Shown here: piece by piece, positions 46,701 through 56,147 of the stretch
How positions within the stretch are numbered: the first letter of the stretch is position 1
Layout of the letters: each line of letters opens with the position of its first letter
IMG/VR virus record: IMGVR_UViG_3300047160_006395
Span: 39,398-103,397 of that record
Source of the DNA: a virus
Length of the DNA stretch: 64,000 bases
Reading direction: 5' to 3' (one strand)
Notes under the pieces: generated by a model
Told to the model about the DNA's origin: nothing
The model's input: the letters and a program-made list of their open reading frames with translations, nothing else
The model's database searches: none
Translations under genes and position numbers: made by a program

Positions 46701-49224
46701 ATGGCTTGCTCGAGCGCAGCTCGCCCGGGAAAGAGATCGTTGCATCGGCCAGGTCCTGGGCACTACGGTACTCACGCTTTCCAGTCTTCACATTATGGAA
46801 TGGTGCGTAGAGCCGGCCATCATCGCCCTTCATCGTCGCCTGGGCTACCCGGCTATCGACGCCCACGTGGAGACTTTCAGGAGTAACCACTGGATCGATC
46901 AACCCGAAGTGCGACGGCTGGACGTTGCGACTTTCACTCGGGATCGCATCGAGCGAGTTGCCACACCAACAGGTCTTGCCATTACGACGGATGAAGAGCA
47001 GGCCGCCCGGAACCGAAGCACAATAGACCTTGCCGGTATAGTTGATCTCCTGATATTGATCGCACTTCTTTTGCCGCACCACCAACGCCTCATCGGCGGT
47101 ACGGATCATGACTTGGTATTGCGGCCGCTCGTCGGCTTTATACCGTGTCCTATAGGTTACGGCATAACCCAGCGTGATCGCCAGAAACCCGACCTGTTCG
47201 GCGAGCTGGCGCGAGGCGGATGCGTAGAGGCGTCGCGTCGGCAAGAAGCCACTATTATCCATCGTGGTGATCACATCGAAGAACCGGCGGCGCGATGCCG
47301 GCGATGCAGTCATAACATAGTCAGGCACGAACTTGGCGGCGGCCGTACCGAATTGACGCAAGTAATATGCCAGATGTTTACCTGAGATCTTGAACCGCCG
47401 ATCTTGCTCATAGTGATGAGTGAAGCCGAGGCGCATCAGCAAGTCGGCGATGAACCCGGCTTCGACCGGGTTTCGCGATCGCCGCTTATTGAGTTCAACA
47501 CGATAGTCACCCCGTCGATAAATGCTGTTACCATCAGCCAGGTAACACGCGAGAAATTCCAGCCAGTCATCGAATGGGACTGCGATCGGCGTTCTAACCG
47601 CTGTCCCACAGTTCTGGCCATCGGCCGGTGCCGGCTGGATCATAAAAACGGCCGGCGACTCTCCAAATGTTGCTTGTGCAGCCGCGATCTTGTGTCTCGC
47701 CCGTTTGCCATGGACCTGGTGCGCAGCCACAAACTCGAAGGGACGATCCATAGGCTCACGACCAACCGTTGTTGTCGGTCGCGAAACGTAGAGCCGGTGG
47801 TCAGGGGTCACGAGATAGTCGATACGATCAGTAACGCCGCGAAGCATCGGTCCAGCGTAGTCAGTGACGTGGAGTGACTCCGCCCGCGCAAAGAAAAGTC
47901 GACCATCATCGGTACGACAGGCGAAATTGTCGTCGAGTGTTACTGTGGGCCACGGCTTCCAACCCGCTGCGGTGAGAACCTCGGTATCACTGGAGTAACA
48001 CGGGATGCCGCCCATCCCGAGCCGACTGATCCTGGCTTGCTGATCGAAGATCATCGCAGGGTTGATACCTTCAGTCGGCTGCCCTAGCCCGCTGGACATG
48101 ATCGCCGCGTTGATCCCTCGAGTAAGCAGGTCGGGTTGAACGTGCTTCAGCCCTTCGGTCATGGACGCTTTCCAAAGGGTCTTGCCCAGGAGCATGCGAT
48201 CTTTGCCGACCCGTTCAGCCAGCAGGTCTTCAGGCCCCATCGCCGTCATGTAAGCCAGGTGGTCACGATCATCAGGCTCGGCTTCACCCTTGTTGATCGC
48301 CATCAGCTTCTTGGTGGTATCGAGCATCTGATCCAGGGAGACACGATCGTATGGCTTGCCCAGGGTTCGCTTGGTCACCTCGGGGTCGAGCCCCATCTGC
48401 TCGAACGATTCACGAACTTCTTGTTCTGGTGCCTTGTTCGGGTCGGGCTTGCGGACCATACGGTCATGCAGCTTACCGATGACCGATGGATCGTCCTTGA
48501 GCATGTTGGGCTGATAGAGATCGCCCCAGGCTTCCTGGAGCTGCTTATCACTGGCGCCCATGGCCCGAAGCACACCCGTCAGCGGCATCTTCGACTGACC
48601 CACCTTGAGCCGGAAGACGCCTGTCTCGGGCTCCATGAAAATACGGTGTGCCATGCCTTTGCCTGGCATCACGTTGACGTGGGCTTCCAGCTCGCCGTTA
48701 GACTGGATACGGGTATAGACGCCAGGCCGGAGCCGGAGCTGATGCGATAGGGTGTACTCGGTGCCGTTGTTGATGAACGTGCCGTGATCGGTCAGGTAAG
48801 GCACCGTAGCGACAGTGGATCGCTTCTTGTCGATGATCTTGCCAGTCTCGTTCTCTTTCAGCACCCAGGTGCCACGGAGTCTGGTCCCCAGACTGCGGCC
48901 ACCCAGGATAGCTTTTTTCCAGTCAGAGATTCCATGCTGAACAGCGCCTTCGTACCCGACATCTTCGAGAGTCAGGGTGTGCCGCTGATTGGTGACCGGT
49001 GGGATCTTGGAAGCTGCTTCCCGAACTCGATCTTGAATTCGGGCCCGGATCGCCGCCGAGTCGCCAAATGGCCGGAGGCCCGCCGGCGCATGGAGAGGCA
49101 TGGCCGGCGAGCGCGGAACGGGACGCTCTTTCGGTGTCCCATCGTGGATCTGCCCGTCACCATCACCGTCACGTGGAATGCCATGTAACGACCCAAGTGC
49201 AGACTGTGAAAGTACACTGGGCAT
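43705..49224 (-). CDS. rpoB: RNA polymerase beta subunit fused to the N-terminal half of beta' (catalytic), intein-containing
   Basis: beta motifs FINNG.E...QL, SHFGLIDP..TPE, GDKMSGRYGDKGVV, KLHH; beta' motifs PVLPP.FRP, NRAP..H, GADFDGD. Confidence 0.92.
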   Translation of the reverse strand: MPSVLSQSALGSLHGIPRDGDGDGQIHDGTPKERPVPRSPAMPLHAPAGLRPFGDSAAIRARIQDRVREAASKIPPVTNQRHTLTLEDVGYEGAVQHGISDWKKAILGGRSLGTRLRGTWVLKENETGKIIDKKRSTVATVPYLTDHGTFINNGTEYTLSHQLRLRPGVYTRIQSNGELEAHVNVMPGKGMAHRIFMEPETGVFRLKVGQSKMPLTGVLRAMGASDKQLQEAWGDLYQPNMLKDDPSVIGKLHDRMVRKPDPNKAPEQEVRESFEQMGLDPEVTKRTLGKPYDRVSLDQMLDTTKKLMAINKGEAEPDDRDHLAYMTAMGPEDLLAERVGKDRMLLGKTLWKASMTEGLKHVQPDLLTRGINAAIMSSGLGQPTEGINPAMIFDQQARISRLGMGGIPCYSSDTEVLTAAGWKPWPTVTLDDNFACRTDDGRLFFARAESLHVTDYAGPMLRGVTDRIDYLVTPDHRLYVSRPTTTVGREPMDRPFEFVAAHQVHGKRARHKIAAAQATFGESPAVFMIQPAPADGQNCGTAVRTPIAVPFDDWLEFLACYLADGNSIYRRGDYRVELNKRRSRNPVEAGFIADLLMRLGFTHHYEQDRRFKISGKHLAYYLRQFGTAAAKFVPDYVMTASPASRRRFFDVITTMDNSGFLPTRRLYASASRQLAEQVGFLAITLGYAVTYRTRYKADERPQYQVMIRTADEALVVRQKKCDQYQEINYTGKVYCASVPGGLLFIRRNGKTCWCGNSLDAIPSESRNVQPSHFGLIDPVVTPESLHVGVDSRVAQATMKGDDGRLYAPFHNVKTGKREYRSAQDLADATISFPGELRSSKPYVSALVAGKIREVPRSQVQYELPSMDDAFSAIGNLVPAKSTGKAQRAVMAGRMITQALPLKDPQSPLVQAGVRGSDTDSYEARYGRYMGALHSDTGGTVTAVDKANGVIKIRGSDGKVHTHELYVNYPYNRKTYIHQTPVVGVGDKVAPGDLLARSNYTDEKGVAALGQNARVAYIPYHGLNFEDATVISESMAKRLSSEHMYQHSLDMEEGIKAGKHAHVSIFPGKYDRNMLSTIDHEGVVKPGTIVNHGDPLILAVKERERTHGAISRGRSASWADHSETWNHHAPGEVTDVEKTAKGIVVSVKSLNPMEVGDKMSGRYGDKGVVAAIVPDHKMPHDSQGRPFEVLVNPLGIITRANPAQKMEAALGKIAEKTGKPYRVPDFVNDRNYTEWVIQELTKNGMKSAETIHDPVANRDIPRILTGNRWFMKLHHTSESKGQGRGTGGYTAEGAPARGGEAGSKRISLMDINALLSHGATEVLRDAGAVRGQAHPEFWQQFMAGQPMPTPKTPMIYDKFQNLLKAGGINVVRKGTKLNVMALSNNDVNELAGDREIAHGDTVDWKTGLKPLKGGLFDEALTGGHGGNRWSAIRLAEPLPNPVMEEPIRRMLGLTQNKFMDVMTGKEQLNGRTGPDAIAKALDKIDIDKAIDEARADIRSGRKGARDAAVRKLGFLKTAQKHGLHPRDWMLDRAPVLPPVFRPVSTMAGSKLPMVADANYLYKELIEARDNLKDMSGRVSDISEERAAHYGALKAVTGLGDPLHPKNRERGVRGVLKQIFGNSPKTGMVQRKLLASATDLVGRATIVPNPDLDMDQVGLPENRAWDVYQPFIVRRLVRRGMNRIDAVRAVRDRQPVAREAMVTEMDARPVIINRAPVHHRYGIMAFRPRLEQGETLHVSPMIVTGFGADFDGDAMQYHVPVTDEAVRDAYEKMLPSRNLMSTSSFKAHQLPSREYAAGLYAASSTRSNKRPRVFATKADALAAYRRGEINVDQPVEIVADR
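46957..48000 (-). mobile_element. intein (348 aa) with a LAGLIDADG-type endonuclease in RNAP beta
   Basis: GIP|CYSSDTEVLT...VTPDH...FLACYLADG...VYCASV...CWCGN|S. Confidence 0.88.
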
Positions 49225-49241
49225 GGCCTGATCACCGCGCG

Positions 49242-50414
49242 TCAGTTAATGGGCAAATGGTTAGAAACGCCGTGCTTTTGATCAACCAGGCTGGGGAGCT
49301 TCGGCGGAGGTGGCGGCTCTGGCTTCTGCGACTTCTGCGGCTTGCCGTCGGTCGGCGTCATCATTCTGTCCCAAACGGCACGCTGATTGGCGTGGATTCG
49401 GTTCAGCACCTGATCAGCCGCCTGGCTGATGTTGGCAGTCTTGTGCTCACCGAACCGCATGGGTCTGTTGCCTTCCCCGGCTCCGCTACCTTCCTCTTCA
49501 TTCTCTGGACCATGAATCAGCTGATGCCAGGCTGATCTGTGAGGTGAATAGATCGGCACAGGCGTCGGGACCGCCATGATCGGACTCGGCGCCTGCTCGG
49601 CAATCTGGGCCTGCCGCCGCTTGATCGCCTCTTCGATGGCCTTGTCTTCGGCCAAAGACCGGGTCCACTTGTATGCGCCATAGCCAGCAAGACCTGCGGT
49701 GCCAAGGGCACCCAGCAGACCAAGACCCGTCGCCTCGTTGACCCAGGCTTGCTTCTCGTAAAGATCAGCCAACGCATCGAGCGGATCTGGATCAGTCGCC
49801 GCGATCTTGCGGCGCCCAGCCAGAGCGGCTTCGTACTCCTTCTTGGCCTGCTCCAGTTCACTCTCTTGTTCCATCGACTTAGTCTTCTTGAGCAGATAGT
49901 CGGTCGCTCCCCAGCCAAGCCCAAGACCGCCACCCAGCGCAAGCGCCGTGGCCGGATAAGCCCACGGCATCTGCTTCCAGTTTCCTTCACCCCAACCACC
50001 CAAGGCATTCTGGATAGCACCAGGCTGCTCGAACGGCTTGCGGAGTAGGCCACTGCCAGAAGCTATGTTCTGAGACAGCCAATCCAGAGCGCCTTCGGCC
50101 AGCTTCTCGAAGCTGGCTTCTTTCTCGACGGCGTTTTCTTCCTGGTCGGCCGCGAGCATGGCATCGCGCTCTGCCCGATTATGCACCTTGACCGGCACTG
50201 GAATTCGGACGAATGTCTGCCGCTGCGGGGTCTTCGTTGCGTCACCCACTTCGCGGCCCAGAAAACTACCAAGGCCAGTCAGACCGCGCAGCCCGGCGCC
50301 CGCCGCCAGCGCAGCACCGCCCCAACCAAGAATGTTCCTGACCGCATCTACCTGGGCCTGGTTAGCAGGACCAACCTGGGGGTCGGCCAGGAGCGAACCA
50401 ATCTCGTCGACCAT
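49242..50414 (-). CDS. putative internal virion protein with Gly-zipper hydrophobic helices
   Basis: 390 aa; three hydrophobic Gly-rich segments separated by KEA/KLA/KIA/KQA/KTA. Confidence 0.65.
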   Translation of the reverse strand: MVDEIGSLLADPQVGPANQAQVDAVRNILGWGGAALAAGAGLRGLTGLGSFLGREVGDATKTPQRQTFVRIPVPVKVHNRAERDAMLAADQEENAVEKEASFEKLAEGALDWLSQNIASGSGLLRKPFEQPGAIQNALGGWGEGNWKQMPWAYPATALALGGGLGLGWGATDYLLKKTKSMEQESELEQAKKEYEAALAGRRKIAATDPDPLDALADLYEKQAWVNEATGLGLLGALGTAGLAGYGAYKWTRSLAEDKAIEEAIKRRQAQIAEQAPSPIMAVPTPVPIYSPHRSAWHQLIHGPENEEEGSGAGEGNRPMRFGEHKTANISQAADQVLNRIHANQRAVWDRMMTPTDGKPQKSQKPEPPPPPKLPSLVDQKHGVSNHLPIN

Positions 50415-50426
50415 GATCTTCCCTCT

Positions 50427-50831
50427 TTAGTGCAGCATGTCGAAGCTCTCTCCGCGCGTCCGGGCCACCAGGCTATGGACACCATCTTCCGATTCGGCAG
50501 GAGCAACTCCGTAAACCTGAATCCACTCGAGGTAGATGCGATAATTCCGCTTCACAGGATCGTAGATCTTTTCGCGGTCCATGACTTTGAACCAACCGTT
50601 TACCACGCGGTCCTGAACGTAGATATATTCCTTGGCGTCATCCTGCTCCCACATCAGGAACCAGCGAGCATGGTAAGTGAACCTGTGATCCAGCTCCTCG
50701 TATTCCTGTTGCTTCAGCATCCCGGGAACCCGCCCCAGGATGGGAAACCCCGCATCAGTACCGGGCCATGTCAGATGATCGCCATGGTGCTCCCGCGACT
50801 GCTCTTTCCCGAACTTCTCGACCAATCCCAT
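50427..50831 (-). CDS. hypothetical protein
   Basis: 134 aa; tight operon packing. Confidence 0.7.
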   Translation of the reverse strand: MGLVEKFGKEQSREHHGDHLTWPGTDAGFPILGRVPGMLKQQEYEELDHRFTYHARWFLMWEQDDAKEYIYVQDRVVNGWFKVMDREKIYDPVKRNYRIYLEWIQVYGVAPAESEDGVHSLVARTRGESFDMLH

Positions 50832-50833
50832 GG

Positions 50834-51253
50834 TTAGATACCAAAGTGAGACTTGGGCCTGGCCTGCATCCGTTGCGCGGCATCCATGATCGCCTTGCGG
50901 CGGGCCAGTTCAGCCTGGTTACGGTAGGCAGCAATCAGCTCCTGCCGCTGAACTTCTTCGGGATCAGTGTCCCCCTCACGGAGCTTGGCGAGCCCATAGC
51001 CGCCCAGCGCGCCGGCACCCGCCGCGGTACCGATACCAAGAGGAATACCCCAGCTCAATGCTTTGCCGGCACCACCCAAGGCAAGATCCTTGAGCCCGCC
51101 GCCGATGCTCACAGCCGTATCCCAGGCGTCGAACCCGCCGTGCTTCTCGAGCGCGCGAGTAGCACGAACTTCGGCTTGCTTGACGGTCAGGCCCTCTTCT
51201 GCGCAGCGAAGAAGAAAGCCGTACTTGAACCCTTCCCTGGGCGTCATGATCAC
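50834..51253 (-). CDS. Gly-zipper putative virion protein
   Basis: 139 aa; GIGTAAGAGALGGYGLA; GGAGG RBS. Confidence 0.65.
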   Translation of the reverse strand: MIMTPREGFKYGFLLRCAEEGLTVKQAEVRATRALEKHGGFDAWDTAVSIGGGLKDLALGGAGKALSWGIPLGIGTAAGAGALGGYGLAKLREGDTDPEEVQRQELIAAYRNQAELARRKAIMDAAQRMQARPKSHFGI

Positions 51254-51678
51254 CCTCCTGGCAGGATGAGCTTTGGAGGCGGCGGGGCCGTGCGCCGCTC
51301 TTCACCACGATAGCTATACACGACTTCGGGCAGCAATATCTGCGTCGGTAGCCGGCGTACAGCCTCGGTCACGCCTTCCTGTGTATGCGGGTCAGGATGG
51401 GCCTTGGCCTGTTTGGCCACACGCACCATGTTCTCGACGAGCGTAATGAGCGCTTCACGTTCATCAGGATATTTCTCGCACCATGCTTGACGGGAAAGAG
51501 CCTGGGCTCGTAATAACCAGTCACGGAGCGAGCAGGTAGTGTACTCGCCCGTGACTTCATGAACCGTATGAACAAGCCCGCGTTCGGCCCAGAACTTGGT
51601 CTGCTTGTAGTCGAAGACCTTGCGGTTGGACGACGTCCGCACAGTCGGGGCCAAGGCTCGTCTCGCACGCCTGTTCAT
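51250..51678 (-). CDS. hypothetical protein (MNRRARR...)
   Basis: start set at ATG 51678 because of the GGGAGGA RBS, which also avoids overlap with the upstream gene. Confidence 0.65.
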   Translation of the reverse strand: MNRRARRALAPTVRTSSNRKVFDYKQTKFWAERGLVHTVHEVTGEYTTCSLRDWLLRAQALSRQAWCEKYPDEREALITLVENMVRVAKQAKAHPDPHTQEGVTEAVRRLPTQILLPEVVYSYRGEERRTAPPPPKLILPGG

Positions 51679-51733
51679 TCCATCCTCCCTGACGATACGC
51701 AGCGTAACGGGGCCGACGACCGCCGGCACGGGC

Positions 51734-52420
51734 TCAGTTGCAAGTGCCGCCGGCGCAGCCACCCATCGATACGCCGGCACTGAAGCCACCCATGACCGGC
51801 GATGCGCCATAGAACGATGACCCATAGGTCACCGGCGACGCCCCGTAGTACGCCGAGCTGAAAGCCGGCGAGCTATAGTATGACGATCCGTAAGTAGCCG
51901 GCACCACAGAGCTATAGGTGGCCGGCATAGATGCGTAGCTATACGTTGCCGGCATTGTCGTGTAGGTAACCGGCGCCCCGGTTGAATACGTAACTGGTGC
52001 TCCATAGGAGTAGGATGGGGCTGCTCCGTAGTAAGACGGTGCCGCCGAGTAATACCTGGGTGCTGATCGGTACGATCGGTAAACGGGCGGCTCATCATAC
52101 GCTGGTTCTGACCCATAATAGCCCGGGGTCTCACGCACTGTTACTGCCGGCCTCCAGGCACGACTACCTTCGATCCGCGAGCGCGGAGCCGGCTCATCCG
52201 TGACGACTTGTTGTGCCAGATCGGCAACCTGCGCGCGGGCATCTTCCAGCATTTGTTCGGCTGCCCGGACCTTGGCACGTGCATCGGCCAGGGCGGCAAC
52301 CTTGTCATCTCTGTATGAGCCCTTGGCCGTCTTGATTGTTGCTCTTGGTGCATTCTCTTCGATCAGATCGTAGCTGCCATTCTGGCCAAGCATGGCCAGA
52401 GCGATGATCAGCGCTTTCAT
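51734..52420 (-). CDS. secreted/periplasmic protein with a Tyr/Ser-rich tail and C-terminal CxGGxC
   Basis: 228 aa; signal-peptide-like MKALIIALAML; coiled coil; ends GGCAGGTCN. Confidence 0.7.
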   Translation of the reverse strand: MKALIIALAMLGQNGSYDLIEENAPRATIKTAKGSYRDDKVAALADARAKVRAAEQMLEDARAQVADLAQQVVTDEPAPRSRIEGSRAWRPAVTVRETPGYYGSEPAYDEPPVYRSYRSAPRYYSAAPSYYGAAPSYSYGAPVTYSTGAPVTYTTMPATYSYASMPATYSSVVPATYGSSYYSSPAFSSAYYGASPVTYGSSFYGASPVMGGFSAGVSMGGCAGGTCN

Positions 52421-52716
52421 GTTGGTTCCTCCGGTTGAGATAGGTCTTGCCAGGATGTCACGAGCGTATGCTCGGTGAATTCGAGGTTACGATCACTGTA
52501 CCCGGTTGTGATGTGCGAGACCACATAGGGATCGGCAACAGCCGTGGCGACATTGGCCTGGTTACAGTCAAGGAAAGCATCCTGGGGCTGTTCCGGTGGT
52601 GGAAGCGGCAGTCCTGGTACCGATGGCAGAAATGGCGGCGGATGCCGGCCGGTATGCACCTGGCGGGCATGACGGCGGGCCGTGAGATGGTTCATGATCC
52701 TGGGTGCGTCAGACAT
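52417..52716 (-). CDS. hypothetical protein
   Basis: 99 aa; ATGA overlap with the next gene. Confidence 0.5.
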   Translation of the reverse strand: MSDAPRIMNHLTARRHARQVHTGRHPPPFLPSVPGLPLPPPEQPQDAFLDCNQANVATAVADPYVVSHITTGYSDRNLEFTEHTLVTSWQDLSQPEEPT

Positions 52717-52727
52717 GGGCTAGCCTT

Positions 52728-54779
52728 TCAGATCAGCATGTACTCCAGACCACCTTGAACCGGGTAGCCAACGTAACCCGAAATGGCGAAGCTGTCTCCC
52801 TCGCCGAGCATGGAGTCGCAGGTCTCGGCATCAACCCAGAAGCTGCCGCCTGGTTGGTCGTGCCGCGTAGGCCCGGAGATCCAACCGGTATCGCCCCAGC
52901 TGTTGACGCACAAGAGACCAGGGCGCCCGAACTCGTCATCCACGCCGCAGAAGAGCATGCAATTATGCACCGCAACAACAGCCGCGATATAGCTGTGTGC
53001 ATCTTCCACTTCCAAATTATAGACCGGGCCGCAGTATGGTTCTTCTGTAACCTTGGAGATCGGCAGAACGTAGAAATTACCGATGTGCCGCCCACTCTTG
53101 CGCAATGGACTATTACGCCAATTGATGCGATAGCCAACCTTGGCGTTGGCAAACGCACCCGGACGGTTAGGCCGTGTCGTATGCGCCATCGGATAGAACC
53201 CGAGTGTTGCGAGAATGCGGAAGAACTGCGTAAAAAGCGCTTTACTGCTCGTATCAATGTAGTTGAACGCGATACCTCTTGGATCCCGTCCTTCGCCGCC
53301 ATCACCGTGTCTAAACCCAGCGACGACTTCGCGAAGATCCCACGTCAAAAGCCAAGGTGGTAGTCGTTTCTCCTGCTTGCGACCCCCACCAAACCAAGAA
53401 TGCATCGCATCGGCAAGGCCGGCATGATCGCCGATCACACGTACGTAAGTCCCATAGTCTTCGACACGAGGTTCAATACCAAAGACACGGAACCCCTCGA
53501 CGCATTTCCCGATATCATCAGTCGGAGTAAGCGTAAACCCGACTCTATGACCGGGATACGCAGTACCATCTGCTGCATAGAGTCCAAACCACCATGCCAA
53601 CAGAGCCGTAGCTTGCAAACGGTTTAGCCGACAACTACAGCGATCATGTTCGGGCCATTCCGGGATCACAGCATTAGCGGTCGCTGGGATCTTGGGTATG
53701 CAGAGATAGTCGCCTTTGGTCAACTCACCGGCTGGCACGTAAGCAAAAAACCCGCTCTTCTTAGTAGCTGTTGCAGTAATGATCGCTGAACGACCTTCAC
53801 CCGAAAGGTGCGGATCGTCCAATATTGGCAGCTCATGCCGCCAGCCGATAATACGCTGAGTGGGCCTATAGACGAGTATTGGATGCTCGTCACTCGCGCG
53901 GATGGCCGGCAGACCGATCGTCTTGATACGAATGAGCGCACCATCCAGCCATCGCTCATGCTTCTGTATCACGGTCCTTGCAATACCGTCAGCGCTGTAA
54001 ACAACCGAACCTGATCTGACTGCCTCAATGACATTAGGAACAGGTCCATCCACAAGCGTACCGGGCGGAAAACAATGCGGCCATTTGCCACCACGCCTGG
54101 CGAAGCCATCTTTGTCTCGAACAGTTGACTGACCCTGGTTCTCGAAGCCGACCTGTGAGCAAACAGGCACCGGATAACCATTGGCAATGGCATCCCGTGC
54201 TTCATTGTAATTGCGAACCAGCGAAGCGGTCTTGATCGGATGCTCCTTACAGAATGGCTCCATTGGATCAGGGACGCCGGCATTAGGCATGCCAAGTTTT
54301 TTGGCTGTCTGTCCGTTATAAGTTGTCAGATCGAGCACCGGATACTTATCTCTGATCACAGTCCCATACTTGGTCACGAAGCCAGCCGCCCAGGCGCCAA
54401 CTGACCCGTCTTGAGTACCACACTGACCATTGCCGATCTCGACGCGACTACCGGCATAGATGATCTCGGTGGCCGTCTCGCCGGTGAAGCTCTCCTTCGC
54501 GCCCGCCTGGATCTGGGCGGCTTTAAGTATGTCTACTCCTAACCCATGTCCATGTGAAACGCAGTCTCCTATCGTTTGTTTATGTGTTGGAAACTTGCCG
54601 CCGAAGTACTGCGTGATGAACTTGTAGAGCAGCACGACCTTGCCGGCGCCAGTGTCCTTGATCGGATAAGCGGCCGCATAGAAGAGCGGTTGGGGCAAGA
54701 AGCCCAGGACGCGATCGACTTCCCGGCGGACCACCGCCAGGTCTTCGACGCGGCCGAAATGTTTCTCGAAGTTCGGCAT
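52728..54779 (-). CDS. papain-like (C1) cysteine peptidase with an intein; possible endolysin
   Basis: QTIGDCVSHG (Gln and catalytic Cys), W-P-H|intein|CMLFCG (His), VNSWG (Asn). Confidence 0.85.
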   Translation of the reverse strand: MPNFEKHFGRVEDLAVVRREVDRVLGFLPQPLFYAAAYPIKDTGAGKVVLLYKFITQYFGGKFPTHKQTIGDCVSHGHGLGVDILKAAQIQAGAKESFTGETATEIIYAGSRVEIGNGQCGTQDGSVGAWAAGFVTKYGTVIRDKYPVLDLTTYNGQTAKKLGMPNAGVPDPMEPFCKEHPIKTASLVRNYNEARDAIANGYPVPVCSQVGFENQGQSTVRDKDGFARRGGKWPHCFPPGTLVDGPVPNVIEAVRSGSVVYSADGIARTVIQKHERWLDGALIRIKTIGLPAIRASDEHPILVYRPTQRIIGWRHELPILDDPHLSGEGRSAIITATATKKSGFFAYVPAGELTKGDYLCIPKIPATANAVIPEWPEHDRCSCRLNRLQATALLAWWFGLYAADGTAYPGHRVGFTLTPTDDIGKCVEGFRVFGIEPRVEDYGTYVRVIGDHAGLADAMHSWFGGGRKQEKRLPPWLLTWDLREVVAGFRHGDGGEGRDPRGIAFNYIDTSSKALFTQFFRILATLGFYPMAHTTRPNRPGAFANAKVGYRINWRNSPLRKSGRHIGNFYVLPISKVTEEPYCGPVYNLEVEDAHSYIAAVVAVHNCMLFCGVDDEFGRPGLLCVNSWGDTGWISGPTRHDQPGGSFWVDAETCDSMLGEGDSFAISGYVGYPVQGGLEYMLI
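52962..54074 (-). mobile_element. intein (371 aa) with a LAGLIDADG endonuclease
   Basis: H|CFPPGT...SDEHP...WFGLYAADG...AGFRHGDG...VYNLEV..AHSY...VHN|C. Confidence 0.9.
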
Positions 54780-54791
54780 GTCAGGTCTCTT

Positions 54792-55040
54792 CTATCCGGG
54801 TGGTATCCATCCTGCCCAGCGCTGTTCATCCAGGAACGGCATGTCCGCTTTGCGCAGGGTACACGACTCAACTTGCCTTGCTGCTGCTTCCCAAGCGATC
54901 TGGATCGGTCTCGGCAGATCACCCCAGGCTGGCATCTCGTTGCCCTGGAAGTTCTTGTTGCCGGTACTGGCAGCATAAGCCCGATAGGCACTGGCTGCGA
55001 TATCTCTCCACGCGTGGCCTGCTTCAGCTTCCGGTCCCAT
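54792..55040 (-). CDS. small hypothetical protein
   Basis: 82 aa; GGAG RBS; MPAWGDLP..IQ.AWEAAA. Confidence 0.65.
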   Translation of the reverse strand: MGPEAEAGHAWRDIAASAYRAYAASTGNKNFQGNEMPAWGDLPRPIQIAWEAAARQVESCTLRKADMPFLDEQRWAGWIPPG

Positions 55041-55058
55041 ATACGGCTCCGAATGGGT

Positions 55059-56147
55059 TCAAGGCGCAGCTGCCCGCAATCCGGCTGCAATGTCCTGCCA
55101 GGCTGAAATATGCCCGCCAGGCGTAGAAAGTGTGGTCTTCGCCAACGGTTTCAGGATCTCGTTTAATGCGGTAAAGAATGGAACGTACACATCACGGTCA
55201 GCCCCAATAACGGCCCGATTGGACTTCACCGTAGCGTCGATGATTCCTTGTGGCGTCGTCAGGTGGACAAAGGAAGGAACGCCGGCTACAGCCTGGGAGA
55301 TATCGCTAGCAACCTTGTCGAACGAATTCGCCAGGGCATGCACCTGGTTCTTGCGCTGCGTGATATCCGGGATCTTTGACTTGGCGATATCGTAGACCTG
55401 CTGCCCCAGGTCCGTCAGTGGCGTGACTGGCTGCGGTGGCGGAGTTGGTTCCGGTTGTGGCTCTGGCTGCGGTCCAGGCTCTGGACCTGGCGGAGGCCGA
55501 GGTCCTGGCTGTGGTCGGTCGTCATTACCTGGTTCGCTGGGATCGGGACGGATTGTAACCGTGACCGATGCCATATCGAACGTGTCGTCTTTGGCCACGT
55601 AAAGCGTGACCCGGATCGTCTTGGACTTGGTTCCGGTGGCGATCGAGACTTGCCGGTTGTTCAGCATCCGGCGGCTATACTTGTCGACCCACCTGGGCCG
55701 GATATCCCAGTAGATTGACTGGGGAAGATTACCTGCAACAGAGCCCTGGGATGTCAGGTCCATCGGCACCCCGGCCGGCCAGACCTTGGGAACTTCCTCG
55801 CCGTTCCAGGTCGTGATCATGGCCCTGGCTACCGGTCTGAGGTCATCAGGCGGCGGGCGGGATTCTACAGTCCGCGGCTGCAATGGAACCGGTTGTACCG
55901 CCGATGACTCAAGAGGGTGATCACGATCGTGATCACCAACCTTCGGCGTCGGGTCCGTCTTCGGTGACGGCGAGCGAGCATGATCATGGATAGCTTCCGC
56001 TGGCTTCGTGCCGGACTCGGCACGCTGGATCCCGGGATTAGGCGGCGGCGGAGCGTTACCATGATCCTGTGCTCCTTCCGGGTTGACGAACAATCCAGTT
56101 AGCGCGATCAGAAATACACCGACGGCCTTCGGGAACATCCAGTTCAT
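55059..56147 (-). CDS. exported protein with Pro-rich linkers (lysis-cluster candidate)
   Basis: 362 aa; N-terminal hydrophobic signal, beta domain, PGPEP linker, helical C-terminal domain. Confidence 0.7.
   Translation of the reverse strand: MNWMFPKAVGVFLIALTGLFVNPEGAQDHGNAPPPPNPGIQRAESGTKPAEAIHDHARSPSPKTDPTPKVGDHDRDHPLESSAVQPVPLQPRTVESRPPPDDLRPVARAMITTWNGEEVPKVWPAGVPMDLTSQGSVAGNLPQSIYWDIRPRWVDKYSRRMLNNRQVSIATGTKSKTIRVTLYVAKDDTFDMASVTVTIRPDPSEPGNDDRPQPGPRPPPGPEPGPQPEPQPEPTPPPQPVTPLTDLGQQVYDIAKSKIPDITQRKNQVHALANSFDKVASDISQAVAGVPSFVHLTTPQGIIDATVKSNRAVIGADRDVYVPFFTALNEILKPLAKTTLSTPGGHISAWQDIAAGLRAAAP

Noticed and set aside
37778-49224. Cellular rpoBC operon, implying a bacterial chromosome
   Set aside because: Divergent sequence, non-cellular split point, no ribosomal protein neighbours, and embedded among phage structural genes.
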